This document shows positions 29,304-39,677 of a stretch of DNA of 64,000 bases, in pieces. Both the position numbers and the translations under genes were made by a program. Origin of the DNA: Leptonemataceae bacterium (GTDB lineage: Bacteria > Spirochaetota > Leptospiria > Leptospirales > Leptonemataceae); NCBI GenBank assembly GCA_965227295.1, contig OZ245742.1, positions 4,224,001 to 4,288,000 of the forward strand. The letters are read 5' to 3'. Below the pieces are notes generated by a model, which saw only the letters and a program-made list of their open reading frames with translations, searched no databases and had not been told where the DNA came from. The first letter of the stretch is position 1; each line of letters begins with the position of its first letter.

Positions 29304-30260
29304 TTACGAAGAAGATTCACTAACCAACCCGCCGCGCACCCGGTCCAGGGCCCGCATCATCTGCACGGACACGCTGCCCTCGGGAATGTCCAGCAACTCC
29401 GCGATATACCGGTACGGGACCCGCACAATAAAGTGTCCCCGGCTCTTCTTAACGAGTAGTTTCTCGCGCTGCTGGTACTTCTTCTCGATGGAGCGCTCCA
29501 CCCGCTCTATCTCCTCGGGATCGACCTTCTTACCGCCCGAACCAGCCAGGAGCTTCTCCTTCTTCTGCTTCAGCTCAAGGATGGCCAGGTACAGCGAAGT
29601 GATCTTATCCTCGGCGCCGAGGTTCTTGATCTCCTTCTCCGAAAGCATATGCTTCAGGTCTGCCAGGGTCGCGAGAATCTCCGAACGATCCTTGCCCGAG
29701 CGCTCACTGATGTACTGGAGTTCGTCCGGGCTCAGGTCCAGGTAGTAGATGTAGGAAAGCTTAAAGACCGATCGCAGCTCCACGGGCAAATCGAGCATCT
29801 TTTTTTGGAACGCCTGAACGATTTTTTGATCGCCCATATCCAGGCTGCGCGGATCCGGAGTGTTTTCCACGAGATTGTGTTCGTGGCCGCGCTCGTCCGA
29901 GCGAGAGACCTGGACCGTGTCCACTTCCCGAATCGTACGCATCCAGTCGATGACCAGGTTGCGCAGGACCGTATAGAACCAGGTGCGAAACGAGGAGCGC
30001 CCCTGGAAGGAACCGAAGCGGCCGCCGTCCTTGAGGCGTTCAAAGGCGTACAGAAAAAAATCCGAGGCCGCGTCCTGGTCCAGGTGAAAGACCTTGATCG
30101 GGAAGTTATAGATGTCCTCGGCGAACTCTTCGAAGAACTGCTTGAGGGCTGCAGCGTCTCCTTTCCCGCAGAGGTCGACAAGCTCCAGGATCCGTTGTTT
30201 TTCCGCTTCCTCTTCTTCCGTGGGAGCGGCTGCTTCGTTCTGCTGATCCGCGGGCTTCAT
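29304..30260 (-). CDS. ECF-like sigma-70 factor with internal insertion
   Basis: FQGRSSFRTWFYTVLRNLVIDW (region 2); YRYIAELLDIPEGSVSVQMMRA (region 4). Confidence 0.85.
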   Translation of the reverse strand: MKPADQQNEAAAPTEEEEAEKQRILELVDLCGKGDAAALKQFFEEFAEDIYNFPIKVFHLDQDAASDFFLYAFERLKDGGRFGSFQGRSSFRTWFYTVLRNLVIDWMRTIREVDTVQVSRSDERGHEHNLVENTPDPRSLDMGDQKIVQAFQKKMLDLPVELRSVFKLSYIYYLDLSPDELQYISERSGKDRSEILATLADLKHMLSEKEIKNLGAEDKITSLYLAILELKQKKEKLLAGSGGKKVDPEEIERVERSIEKKYQQREKLLVKKSRGHFIVRVPYRYIAELLDIPEGSVSVQMMRALDRVRGGLVSESSS

Positions 30261-30362
30261 GAGTCCTGGCTGTCGCGCGCGAATAGGTACGATAGTTTCA
30301 TGAAAAAGGTGGGTGACCGAAAAACAGTTGCAGGATCGTCGCGACCGGTAAGCATAAAACTG

Positions 30363-31331
30363 ATGATTCCTCGGCAATGTCCACGATTTTTTTCGATCCT
30401 GCTTCCCGCCGCGTTCTGCGCCGGCGTCCTGTATCTTGCCCTGCCCCTGGGCGCGCAGCAAGACGTGCCGGACTCACGACCGAACTTTCGCTGGCCCATG
30501 GAGGCCGGAAACTATCCGGACGTCCGCGGGCTCACTTCGACCTTCGGTGAATCCCGGGGCGACCACTTTCACAACGGCCTGGATATAGCCGGCCTCGGCG
30601 ACCCCATCTACCCCGTGGCGGACGGCTACATCGTCTACGGCCGGCGCGCGGCAGATGACCCGTACCTGCCGGAGCAGGGACCGGGCAACTACGTATTCCT
30701 GTATCACGGCCGCGGCTGGTGGAGCGGCTACTATCACCTGAAAAGCGATCCAACCCTGGCGCGACGGGGCCAGGTCGGCGAGGAAAGCGTCATCGGCCGC
30801 GCCGGCAATACGGGCCATTCCGGCGGGGCGCACCTGCACTTCTTCGTCGCCCGGTACAGTGCCGACGGGACCACCACCATCCTGAACCCGCTCATGCTGT
30901 TGCCGCGCAGCACGGATACGAACGCGCCGGTCATCGGACAGCTCGCCGTATACACACCCAACGGAAAGACTCTTATTGCCCACTCGCGCCCGGAGCGCAT
31001 CCGGCTCACACAATCGTATCCGATCCTGATCAACGTAATTGATCCCGGCATGGAACGATCGACCCGGCGCGGCATATACCGGCTCACCTGGGAGTTGAAC
31101 GGCCTGCCCGCGCAAAGCCGGGTCTTCGACGAAATCAGTTACAACGAGGACGTGGGGGACTGGGTCCTGCAGGATGAGTACACCTTTCCGAAAGTCTTCC
31201 AGCACGGTTTGTATAACCTGGGCGAACTGGAATGGAAGGCCGGCAAGAACACGCTCATCGTTTCGGCCGAAGATCTGAACGGCAACACGGCGAGTGTGGA
31301 ATTCGACGTCACCGTGGATCGCGAGTACTGA
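30363..31331 (+). CDS. M23-family peptidase, exported
   Basis: TSTFGESR, FHNGLD (HxxxD), GNTGHSGGAHLHF. Confidence 0.88.
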   Translation: MIPRQCPRFFSILLPAAFCAGVLYLALPLGAQQDVPDSRPNFRWPMEAGNYPDVRGLTSTFGESRGDHFHNGLDIAGLGDPIYPVADGYIVYGRRAADDPYLPEQGPGNYVFLYHGRGWWSGYYHLKSDPTLARRGQVGEESVIGRAGNTGHSGGAHLHFFVARYSADGTTTILNPLMLLPRSTDTNAPVIGQLAVYTPNGKTLIAHSRPERIRLTQSYPILINVIDPGMERSTRRGIYRLTWELNGLPAQSRVFDEISYNEDVGDWVLQDEYTFPKVFQHGLYNLGELEWKAGKNTLIVSAEDLNGNTASVEFDVTVDREY

Positions 31332-31346
31332 ACCGCTCTTGCGCGC

Positions 31347-33392
31347 TCATTCGGGGCGCACAACATCTTCCGGATCGTAACGATCCCAGGCGCCGCCTTC
31401 CACCGGCGCGCAACGTGCAATGTAGGTCGCGGTCTCCACGACCCGCAGCCGTCCTCGCGGAGCGCCCAGGCGGCTGACGGTAAGTCGCTGACCTTTCTTG
31501 ATCCCGTCGATCGCTCCCAGGTTTACGTAAATCGAACCCGGCTTCACCTTAATGATCTTGCCGTGCGGCGCGAGTCGTGCCCGCAAACGAACGGCGGCCG
31601 CGTTATTCGCATGATAGATCGCATCACGGCCGCGCCCTTCCACGGTAAAACGATCAATGGGAGACGCGGTGTTCTTTTCGGTCACGGAGTAGCTGATGCG
31701 AATGCCCTCCCCGCCCTGAGTGATCCGATAACTTCCCGATACGATATAGTCGACCTTGGTCCGACTGCGTTTCTCCTGCTCTCCGATTTCCCGGGCAAAC
31801 CTGGGGCTGTAGTAGATGCCGTAGGCGTAACGGCCGTTGTCCGCGGCCGCCCCGGATTGGCGAATGTCACTGAGCACGCGCGTGCGAAACTCCGACGAAA
31901 CGGAACGTACCGGTCCCGGGCGGTCGAGTTCAAACATTAAACCCTGCGCGACGCGATCCGCCCCGTCCGGATGCAGCGGGAATTGATCCTCGGGACGAAT
32001 GTCGAACACCAGCACGCGCACCGGCGTACGCCGATAAGTGCCCGCCCCGCCGGTAGCCTCATCAAACAAGAGGTTTTCGCGATACGGCAACGCCTCGTTC
32101 TTTTCGCGCAGGGCACGTTCCAGGCGATTGTGCAGACGCGCGTCGTTGGGATGCAGCCCGCGCAGCCGTTGCAGGATGCGCAGAAAGTTTTCGTAGTCCC
32201 CGGCCCGGCGATAGTCCTCCAGTTGAATGCGCAAGACCCCCTGATGATACGGATACAATTCCAGAGATCGGCGCAGATGCGTGTTCATCACGTCCCGACG
32301 ATTGCGAGAACGGTAGTAGCGCGCGCGGTCGTAGTGGTAACGCGCCAGTTCCCGCCGCAACGAACCCGCCGGTGGAAACAACCGCGCGTGATGAATCACG
32401 GCTTCTTCCAATGAAAATCGTGTCAGAGAATTCCCGGGATCGATGGCGAGGGCCCGCTGCAGGTCCCGGACACCGTCGCGTACGCTACTGCCACCCGAAC
32501 GCAACCGCAGCGCCGCGATCATGTACAGAAGGTCCGGATCCGCACGAACGTCCTCCAGAGCATTCGCGCGCCTGAGCGCAGCTTCCGAACGATTGCGATA
32601 GAGGTCGATGCGAATCAGTCGGCCCTGAACATCGCGGTCGTCCGGGGCGAGCTTCTCGGCCTTCAGTAGCGCCGCGTGGGCCAGGTCCAGGTGTTCGCCG
32701 CGTTCTTCTTCATCGCTCACGGAAAAAGCACGCCGCAGTTCCATGTGCGCCTGAGCGGCATAGATCCTGGGATCATTCTGGTCAATCTGGCGAGCGCGGC
32801 GCAGATAATCCTCCGCCAGGTCCAGGCGTTCCTGGTCCGCCGTGGTCAACGCGAGCCCCACCAGCGATCCCACATGGGTCGGCTGCACGCGAATGGCCCG
32901 CTGAAAGTAACCCTCGGCGAGACGATAATTTCCACGAAGATAATAAAACACTCCGAAGGCATGGTTGTTCGCCACGTTGCCCGGGTCCTTCGCGCGTACT
33001 TCTTTGAGCAGTTTTTCCGCCGCGGCAAAGTTCCCCGCCAGAGAGTGCGTGCGCGCGAGGCCGACGCGCGCGTCCAGGTTTTCGTCGTCCAGTTCCAGGA
33101 CCTTGCGGTAGTGCTCGGCCGCCCGTCCGGTTTGCGAGAGGGCCAGATAAGACCGCGCGGCGCCGAGATGGGCGGCCGCCGAGCGCTGGTTGCGCTGGAT
33201 GGCCTGGTGAAAGAGATAGACCGCTTCCTGATAACGGCGACGACCCAGCGCGCTCTCGCCCTCCCGCACGAATTGCAGGGCGCTCTTTCGCGGCTGGGCC
33301 GTCGTCACCGGAGCGAAGGACGGCACGGACATCAGGCCGGCCAGGCAGAGGACAATAACGCAACACCGGCGTTGCTTTGCTAACTTCATCAT
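31347..33392 (-). CDS. Exported TPR-repeat protein with C-terminal FlgT-like beta domain
   Basis: Signal peptide, multiple TPRs, IYVNLGAIDGIKKG motif. Confidence 0.8.
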   Translation of the reverse strand: MMKLAKQRRCCVIVLCLAGLMSVPSFAPVTTAQPRKSALQFVREGESALGRRRYQEAVYLFHQAIQRNQRSAAAHLGAARSYLALSQTGRAAEHYRKVLELDDENLDARVGLARTHSLAGNFAAAEKLLKEVRAKDPGNVANNHAFGVFYYLRGNYRLAEGYFQRAIRVQPTHVGSLVGLALTTADQERLDLAEDYLRRARQIDQNDPRIYAAQAHMELRRAFSVSDEEERGEHLDLAHAALLKAEKLAPDDRDVQGRLIRIDLYRNRSEAALRRANALEDVRADPDLLYMIAALRLRSGGSSVRDGVRDLQRALAIDPGNSLTRFSLEEAVIHHARLFPPAGSLRRELARYHYDRARYYRSRNRRDVMNTHLRRSLELYPYHQGVLRIQLEDYRRAGDYENFLRILQRLRGLHPNDARLHNRLERALREKNEALPYRENLLFDEATGGAGTYRRTPVRVLVFDIRPEDQFPLHPDGADRVAQGLMFELDRPGPVRSVSSEFRTRVLSDIRQSGAAADNGRYAYGIYYSPRFAREIGEQEKRSRTKVDYIVSGSYRITQGGEGIRISYSVTEKNTASPIDRFTVEGRGRDAIYHANNAAAVRLRARLAPHGKIIKVKPGSIYVNLGAIDGIKKGQRLTVSRLGAPRGRLRVVETATYIARCAPVEGGAWDRYDPEDVVRPE

Positions 33393-33415
33393 ACTAATAC
33401 TCTGTGACCAAATAT

Positions 33416-35524
33416 TTACTCCGGAACGAAAAAGCCCGCATCGGCCACACCGTAGGTTCCCAGGTAGTTCGTCTGCAATCGCACGTCGACGTAGCGCCCG
33501 CTCAATTCCCGGCTCAGCGCCGAACGATAGGTGATGATGTAACGTTCGTCCAGGTTCTCGCGAACGGCCTCATAGACGCCGGACAGCGCGGTCTCATCGA
33601 AGCCGCGGTAGTAGGTTCCGCCCGTCCGCTCGGCAAGTTCCCGGTGCATGGCCTTCCAGCGTTCGGCGCTCCCGCCGTCCGCATTTTCTCCCAGGGATTC
33701 CGCCTCGTAAGAAATGACGTGCACGGCAATCTCGTTGGCCCGGGCATACTGGATGATCTTTTGCAACGTGTACTGATCGTAAGCGCCGGCGAAGGCCTTA
33801 CCGGAAAGAATCAACACGACGCTGCGCGGACCGAGTTCCGGAACGAGAATCGTCAGGGCTTCAAAGAGACCCTTGCCGAGATTCGGCTCCGTCGATCGAT
33901 CGCCTTCCTGTAAGAGCTGCAGGATGCGTCGGCGCTCCAGGCCCTCGTAAACGTTGCGCACAGCGTCCCCCGCGTGCACGATGCGCAGGTTATCCGTAAG
34001 GCGCAGAGGATCGAGCAGCCCGCGCAGCGTCGTCGGCAGATACGGCGCAAACTGCTCCGCGAAATAGAGTGAACTCTCCTGAACCAGGACCAGGTTCACC
34101 CGCCGGTTGTAGGGTCGCATGTTGTCCGTGCGAATGCCGCCGATGCGCCGGTCGTTTTCATAGAGCGCGAAGTCCGGTCGCGACAATCCGCGCACGGGGT
34201 CCCCGAGACGATTCTTGACCGTAAGAAAGACGCCCACCGTCGGAAAAGATCGTGTGTCGACGCGCTGAATGCGCGTGTCCATGTTGGCGATGCGCAGGCC
34301 GCGGGGCACCAGGGTCAGCACCGTGTTCTTGCCGTAGTCCGCGACGTGCAGGGCTCCGTAATCATCCAGGCGCGCCGAGAACGGCCGGTCCAGAACCACG
34401 GGGCGGTCCTGTTCATCGCGCAGGTCGGGCAAGGTCTCCCAACGATTCTCGCGAAGCTGGTAAAACAATACGCCCGCCTCTTCGTCGGCCACCACCAGCC
34501 GATCATTACGTAGATGCAAACCCCGGGGTTTGCGCAGCAGTTCCGAACGAATGTCGCCGAGGAAGTTACCGTCACGGTCATAACGTAAGATGCGCCGATC
34601 ATCCCGATCCGCAACGTAGACCGTCCCGTCCGCATGCACGGCGACGCCGGCCGGAAAAACGAGATTGCGGCCGCGCTCATCCCCGCCGAACGAGATCAAG
34701 AACTGTCCCTCGCGGTCAAATTTCTGAACACGTTTGTTGCCGCTGTCGGTAACGTAGATGAAGTCCTTGCTGATTGCAATTCCCGCCGGCCCGCGGAACT
34801 GTCCGTCGCCGGAACCGGAGCCGCCGAAGTCCGCGAGTTCGTAGCCGTTCAGGGTAAAGACACGCACCCGGTCCCCGGAGTAATCGGCGATGTACAGTCG
34901 CCCGTCGTCCGCGGCCATGGACATGGGACCACGCAGGGCGTCGTAGAACACGCCGGTGATTTCGCGCTCCGGCAGTCCCGACGGGTTGATTTGTAAGATG
35001 TTGCCGCTTTCGTACGAGAGCAGATACAGCCGGTTATTCTCATCCACCGCCGTATCCACCGGGCGCTGGAAGCTGTGGGAATTCCAGCTATGCGGATAGT
35101 ACTGGCGCAGGAAGACGAAGTCGCCGGGGTTACGATAGCGGTTCAGGTAGAAGCGCAGCAATTCGCCGCGCTGGCGGACCAGAGGATAGGCCCCATCGGA
35201 GATACTGTCCAGGGACTCCCATTGTTCCAGGGCCTCGTTCCAGTCACCGGAGTAGTAGTAGGCGTCTCCGAGATAACGCAATGCCAGGTGAAAGAAAGGC
35301 TGGACGTTCAGCGACTTGTGAAAGAACTCCCGGGCCGCCACGTACTGCATGGAGTTGTGGAAGACCAGGCCCTTCTGGAAAAAGTCCCGGGCCCGCTCTT
35401 CTTTGATGCGGAAGCGCGGAATCTCCTGGGCCGCGACCCGGTCCGGGCCGGGCACGAGCAGGACCGGCAGCAGTACGAGCAGCGTTGCCAGGCCGAGCCG
35501 CGGAATGAGACGCCTCCGGGTCAT
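33416..35524 (-). CDS. Exported TPR plus NHL beta-propeller plus vWA-like protein
   Basis: FGGSGSGDGQFRGPAGIA..YVTDSGNKRVQKF NHL repeats; LAERTGGTYY vWA-like end. Confidence 0.85.
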   Translation of the reverse strand: MTRRRLIPRLGLATLLVLLPVLLVPGPDRVAAQEIPRFRIKEERARDFFQKGLVFHNSMQYVAAREFFHKSLNVQPFFHLALRYLGDAYYYSGDWNEALEQWESLDSISDGAYPLVRQRGELLRFYLNRYRNPGDFVFLRQYYPHSWNSHSFQRPVDTAVDENNRLYLLSYESGNILQINPSGLPEREITGVFYDALRGPMSMAADDGRLYIADYSGDRVRVFTLNGYELADFGGSGSGDGQFRGPAGIAISKDFIYVTDSGNKRVQKFDREGQFLISFGGDERGRNLVFPAGVAVHADGTVYVADRDDRRILRYDRDGNFLGDIRSELLRKPRGLHLRNDRLVVADEEAGVLFYQLRENRWETLPDLRDEQDRPVVLDRPFSARLDDYGALHVADYGKNTVLTLVPRGLRIANMDTRIQRVDTRSFPTVGVFLTVKNRLGDPVRGLSRPDFALYENDRRIGGIRTDNMRPYNRRVNLVLVQESSLYFAEQFAPYLPTTLRGLLDPLRLTDNLRIVHAGDAVRNVYEGLERRRILQLLQEGDRSTEPNLGKGLFEALTILVPELGPRSVVLILSGKAFAGAYDQYTLQKIIQYARANEIAVHVISYEAESLGENADGGSAERWKAMHRELAERTGGTYYRGFDETALSGVYEAVRENLDERYIITYRSALSRELSGRYVDVRLQTNYLGTYGVADAGFFVPE

Positions 35525-35576
35525 GATGTGACATAATATTAGAGACGAAAGCGGAGTTTCAAGCGTTTTTGAGGCC

Positions 35577-36419
35577 CTACGTATCGCGCGGGGGCATGCC
35601 GAGCTTCTTGCGTAGCTCCTGGTTCTCATGAAAGAGATCCATGAGTTCTTTGTCCGTGAAGATACGCAGGGAATCCAGGGCGGAGATGATCTTATCCCGC
35701 TCCAGGTTTTCCCGGGTGCTCATGTCCAGGGCGATCTCGGTGGCATCGATCTGGTCTTTGGCACGTTTGAGTTCGAAGTCCCGGTAATCGCTCAAGCGCT
35801 CCCTCGCTTCTAACTGGGACTTCATGTCCAGGATCTCCTGATCTTTCAGGTTCATGGCCTGTTCCATGGCCCCCTGGATGCTCTTGTCGAAGTCGCGCAG
35901 GCTCTGCTCGTACTCCAGCAGTGAGCTGTAGGCACCGGTTTCTTCTTTTTGGGTACGCAGTTCGCCCCGGGCCAGTTCCAGGAGACTCTCGAAGACCCCG
36001 CCGCGCTCCCGGCTGTCGTGGGAGAGCCGGTAGACGACGTTGCGGTAGTACTCCAGTTGCAGGGAGAGTTCCAGGAACAGCTTGAGATGCAGCGGCCGCA
36101 GATCGTCGTCCAGGACCAACGCCCGGGGAATGAGGCCGGCTTCCTTGCCGAAACGCGCGTACTCTTCTTCGGGAAGAATGATCACCTTCGGAAAATCGTC
36201 GAGATGCCGGGCCGCACGCAGGGCCTCCAGCATGGTTTCCACCTGACCGCGCTCGGACTGGATGAGGAAGATATGGAAATTCGAGGATCGCGCCGGGTGA
36301 ATGCCGCTCAGGTCGTTCAGATGCGCCTCGACCACTTCCATGCGGAACGGTCCGGACTCCCGGGAGATGAGCGGGAACTTACGCCCTTCCGAGATATGAT
36401 AGATCTTCGACGTCTGCAT
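35577..36419 (-). CDS. Hypothetical coiled-coil protein
   Basis: Long Glu/Arg/Leu heptad C-terminal half. Confidence 0.75.
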   Translation of the reverse strand: MQTSKIYHISEGRKFPLISRESGPFRMEVVEAHLNDLSGIHPARSSNFHIFLIQSERGQVETMLEALRAARHLDDFPKVIILPEEEYARFGKEAGLIPRALVLDDDLRPLHLKLFLELSLQLEYYRNVVYRLSHDSRERGGVFESLLELARGELRTQKEETGAYSSLLEYEQSLRDFDKSIQGAMEQAMNLKDQEILDMKSQLEARERLSDYRDFELKRAKDQIDATEIALDMSTRENLERDKIISALDSLRIFTDKELMDLFHENQELRKKLGMPPRDT

Positions 36420-36501
36420 GAACTTTACGCCGCGCACCGCCTTTGCCGGCACACCTTACACAGCGTGCAAAGCTCCGATCGTATGTCCAATAGAAAATCG
36501 C

Positions 36502-38331
36502 TCAGCCCGGTGATCGTCGTGACCGACGGCGCAGTCGGATCAGACGATAGCGAAGCCACCGCAGCAGAGGGATAGCGACCCGCAGGCGTAGCGCCTGCAC
36601 CGCAGCGATGATGCGTTGGACAAAGGCCAGGCCCAGGAACCACCCACCGGCAGCCCCGGCGCAGGGGGCCAGGGGTTTCCAGAGCAGCCCGAGCAGACGA
36701 CGCACGGGACGGGTAATGAAATAGAACGGATTGAAGCCGTCGGTCCGGCGCGCCATGATGTAAAAGCCGAAAACCAGCAGCAGGATGTTCGGCAGCCAGG
36801 CGCCCAGGGCAGGATCGATGCCGCCGCCGTAGGCCTCCGCCTGCGCCAGCATCACCGAACTATAGTACGCCAGAAAGACGAACAATGCCAGTACAAAGCT
36901 CATGCCCTTGCCGGAACGTTTGACCACCAGACCGAGCGGAAACGATATAAAGAAAAACAGCAGGCATGCCGTGGGAGTGGCCATGCGCGAGTGGATTTCA
37001 TAAATGAAACGGCGCCGGGTTTCTTTGGCCATCTTCACCAGGCCGTCGAACATGGCCGCAAACATCATCATCATCTGCGGAGAGAGGTCCCCCTCTCCCA
37101 TGCTGGCCGCGAGCGCCGTAAACTGCTGCGGCATGTTCTTCGGGATCTTGCCCTGCATCAATTGCGGCAGTAACATGCGGAACTGCATGGCCTGGACTTC
37201 CATGCCCTGAATCGACGGTAGTTTGATGGTACGATTCAGCATGCCTTCGATCTGCGCATCCGAGGCGCTACCAATGAGGCTGTTGTACTTTCGCACGCCG
37301 GCCACGTTGGCCATGCTGCCGATGAGCGTCATGGGCGTGATTTCAATGCCGCCGTTGTCCAGCCGGTGGACGAATTCGAACAGCTCGTCGAAAGTCCGGG
37401 AACTGGGCTGCACGTTCAGCCGTCCGAGGGGCGGCGGCGGTTCCGGGATAACGTAGTCCATGGTCCCGCCGGTGAAGTCGGTAATCTGGAAGGTCTCTTC
37501 TTCCTGGTTCAACTCCACGGCAAAACCGTTCGTGAGGCGAATGAACTTTTCGGGCGTGCCTTCTTCGGTGATGCGCAAAAGCATCTCGCCTTCCCGGGCG
37601 TGGACGATCTGCGTCATAAAACCGTTGCCGAGGGGTACGGAGACCTTGCCGATCTGAATAGTCGTGGTCTTCGCCGCGTCCATCTCGTTCTGCCATTCGC
37701 GGATCTGCACGTTGTGCAGGACGCTACCGGTGCGGCTCTCGGCGTAAATGTCCTGGCCCTTCGAGGACATGCCGTCGAAATCCGCGCGTCCGAGAAAACG
37801 ACCGGTCTTCACCATGCTGAGCTGATGATAGGTCTTGAGCCAGTTCTGGAAATCCTCGCGCGCTTTCGCACTCGCCGGACTCACATAGAACAGAAGATAA
37901 CCCATGATCAGCATGGACAAAAGTCCGGCGAACAGAAAGACGCCGTACATGCGCGGAAACGAAATTCCCGCCGCGCGCATGGCGGTGACCTCGGAGTCGC
38001 CGGACAGGCGGCCGGCGGCCAGGATACCCGCGAAGAGACAGGCCACCGGCAACGTGAGGCCGAGGGTCTCCATGATCAAGTTCACGAGAAAGAGGGCGAT
38101 GCGCAGCGGATCCACGCCCTTGCTGAGCAGATCGCCGATGACATCTTTGAGCGCGACGGAAATGAACAGCGTCGTAATGAAAAACAGCGCCATGAGAAAG
38201 GGCTGCAGGATTTCCCGAAAGATGTAACGATCTACGACCGTCACGCCGAAGCGCCGGCCGCGAAACGTAAATTCCGGGAGGCGCCACCAACTGCGATCCG
38301 TATGGACGCGATGGGCGGGCTCCGCTGTCAT
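36502..38331 (-). CDS. LptF/LptG-family LPS export permease
   Basis: DRYIFREI, GRLSGDSEVTAMRAAGIS, AWLPNI; start uncertain. Confidence 0.9.
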   Translation of the reverse strand: MTAEPAHRVHTDRSWWRLPEFTFRGRRFGVTVVDRYIFREILQPFLMALFFITTLFISVALKDVIGDLLSKGVDPLRIALFLVNLIMETLGLTLPVACLFAGILAAGRLSGDSEVTAMRAAGISFPRMYGVFLFAGLLSMLIMGYLLFYVSPASAKAREDFQNWLKTYHQLSMVKTGRFLGRADFDGMSSKGQDIYAESRTGSVLHNVQIREWQNEMDAAKTTTIQIGKVSVPLGNGFMTQIVHAREGEMLLRITEEGTPEKFIRLTNGFAVELNQEEETFQITDFTGGTMDYVIPEPPPPLGRLNVQPSSRTFDELFEFVHRLDNGGIEITPMTLIGSMANVAGVRKYNSLIGSASDAQIEGMLNRTIKLPSIQGMEVQAMQFRMLLPQLMQGKIPKNMPQQFTALAASMGEGDLSPQMMMMFAAMFDGLVKMAKETRRRFIYEIHSRMATPTACLLFFFISFPLGLVVKRSGKGMSFVLALFVFLAYYSSVMLAQAEAYGGGIDPALGAWLPNILLLVFGFYIMARRTDGFNPFYFITRPVRRLLGLLWKPLAPCAGAAGGWFLGLAFVQRIIAAVQALRLRVAIPLLRWLRYRLIRLRRRSRRSPG

Positions 38332-38339
38332 GGCATCTG

Positions 38340-39407
38340 ATGCCTGCTGCTTTCGAAGTAAAGAACGCATTGTTGATTCAAACCGCGTTTATCGGCGACG
38401 TGGTTTTGACGACGCCCATGATCGCGGCGTTCAAGCGGTACCGCCCGGAAGCGAAACTCACCGTCATGGTCAAACCCGAGGCGGCCTCCTTGCTGCGGCA
38501 CAACCCGCACGTCGATGATTTACTCATCATCGACAAAAAAGGCAAGCACCGGGGTGCCGCGGGCATGTTTCGCATGATCGGCGAAATCCGCTCCCGAAAT
38601 TTCGATCTTCTGCTCTCCCCGCACAAATCTCACCGCACGGGATTTCTGGCAATGTTTTCAAAGATTCCCCGGCGGTACGGCTACAAAGACGCCGGCTGGG
38701 CCCGGGCAGCCTATACAAAGCACCTGCAGCGGCCCATGGAACGCCCGGAGATCGAACGCCTGCTCCAGTTTCTGGAGGACGCCCTGGGCGAAAATACACA
38801 GCTCTTTCCCCGGGATCTGGAGCTCTACGTGAGCGACGAGGCCCGGGAACAGGCCCGGGACATCCTCTCACAACTGGACGCCTCACAGCCGATTTTGCTG
38901 GCCCCCTCCTCGGTCTGGCCGACGAAGCGCTGGACGCCCTGGAACTTCGCGGAGTTGATCGGCCTGCTCATCGAACGTTACAAGAAACCGGTGCTGCTCG
39001 TCGGCTCTCCGGGCGACCGCGAGATAGCGGAACGCGTGCTGGAGTTTCTGAAACTCGCGCACCCGGACTGGCCGGACCGCCGCGTGCACAACGTCTGCGG
39101 CAAGACATCTTTGCCGGCGTTGTATGCCTTAATGGAAAAAAGTCTGCTGTTAGTCTCGAACGACTCGGCCCCGGTGCACTTCGGCTGTGCGGCGAAGATT
39201 CCGGTCGTGGCGATCTTCGGTCCCACCGTTCCGGCCCTTGGTTACGCTCCCATTGCCCCGCGCACCGCCGTGGCGGAGCTCGAAGGACTCGGTTGCCGTC
39301 CCTGCGGATTGCACGGGGCGAAGCGCTGTCCGCAGTCGCATTTTCGATGCATGAAGGAACTCACACCGGCGATGGTGATGGACGTGGTGGAACGGGTGAA
39401 TCGGTAG
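38340..39407 (+). CDS. GT9 lipopolysaccharide heptosyltransferase (WaaF-like)
   Basis: IQTAFIGDVVLTTP, SVWPTKRW, SNDSAPVH, AIFGPT. Confidence 0.92.
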   Translation: MPAAFEVKNALLIQTAFIGDVVLTTPMIAAFKRYRPEAKLTVMVKPEAASLLRHNPHVDDLLIIDKKGKHRGAAGMFRMIGEIRSRNFDLLLSPHKSHRTGFLAMFSKIPRRYGYKDAGWARAAYTKHLQRPMERPEIERLLQFLEDALGENTQLFPRDLELYVSDEAREQARDILSQLDASQPILLAPSSVWPTKRWTPWNFAELIGLLIERYKKPVLLVGSPGDREIAERVLEFLKLAHPDWPDRRVHNVCGKTSLPALYALMEKSLLLVSNDSAPVHFGCAAKIPVVAIFGPTVPALGYAPIAPRTAVAELEGLGCRPCGLHGAKRCPQSHFRCMKELTPAMVMDVVERVNR

Positions 39408-39553
39408 ACGCCTCGAACTAAAGTACAGGTGGGGAGAAGTTAATAGTTTGGGATCGAGTAGGCGGCGGGGCACCGCGCTGCTACGGGCTCCGCTTCGCTG
39501 CGGGGGCTGACTAAAAAGTGGCCTGCCAGAAGAGATAGGGCATTCATTTTATT

Positions 39554-39677
39554 GGGGGGAGCTCCGCTCCCCCTGGCTCCGACCCGCGTCGCTACGCGAA
39601 CGCCCGGGCCTCGCCTTCGGCGACCGGCTCACCCTCCGGGCAAGCCTGGCCCGGGCTCGCGGTTCTCCGCCACCCCC
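39554..39677. repeat. About 125-bp dispersed repeat (family B), copy 2, inside the IS
   Basis: Reverse complement of 11238-11360 with a few substitutions and indels. Confidence 0.85.

Noticed and set aside
29649..30362. 5' extension of the M23 ORF
   Set aside because: Antisense to the sigma gene; the signal peptide starts at 30363.
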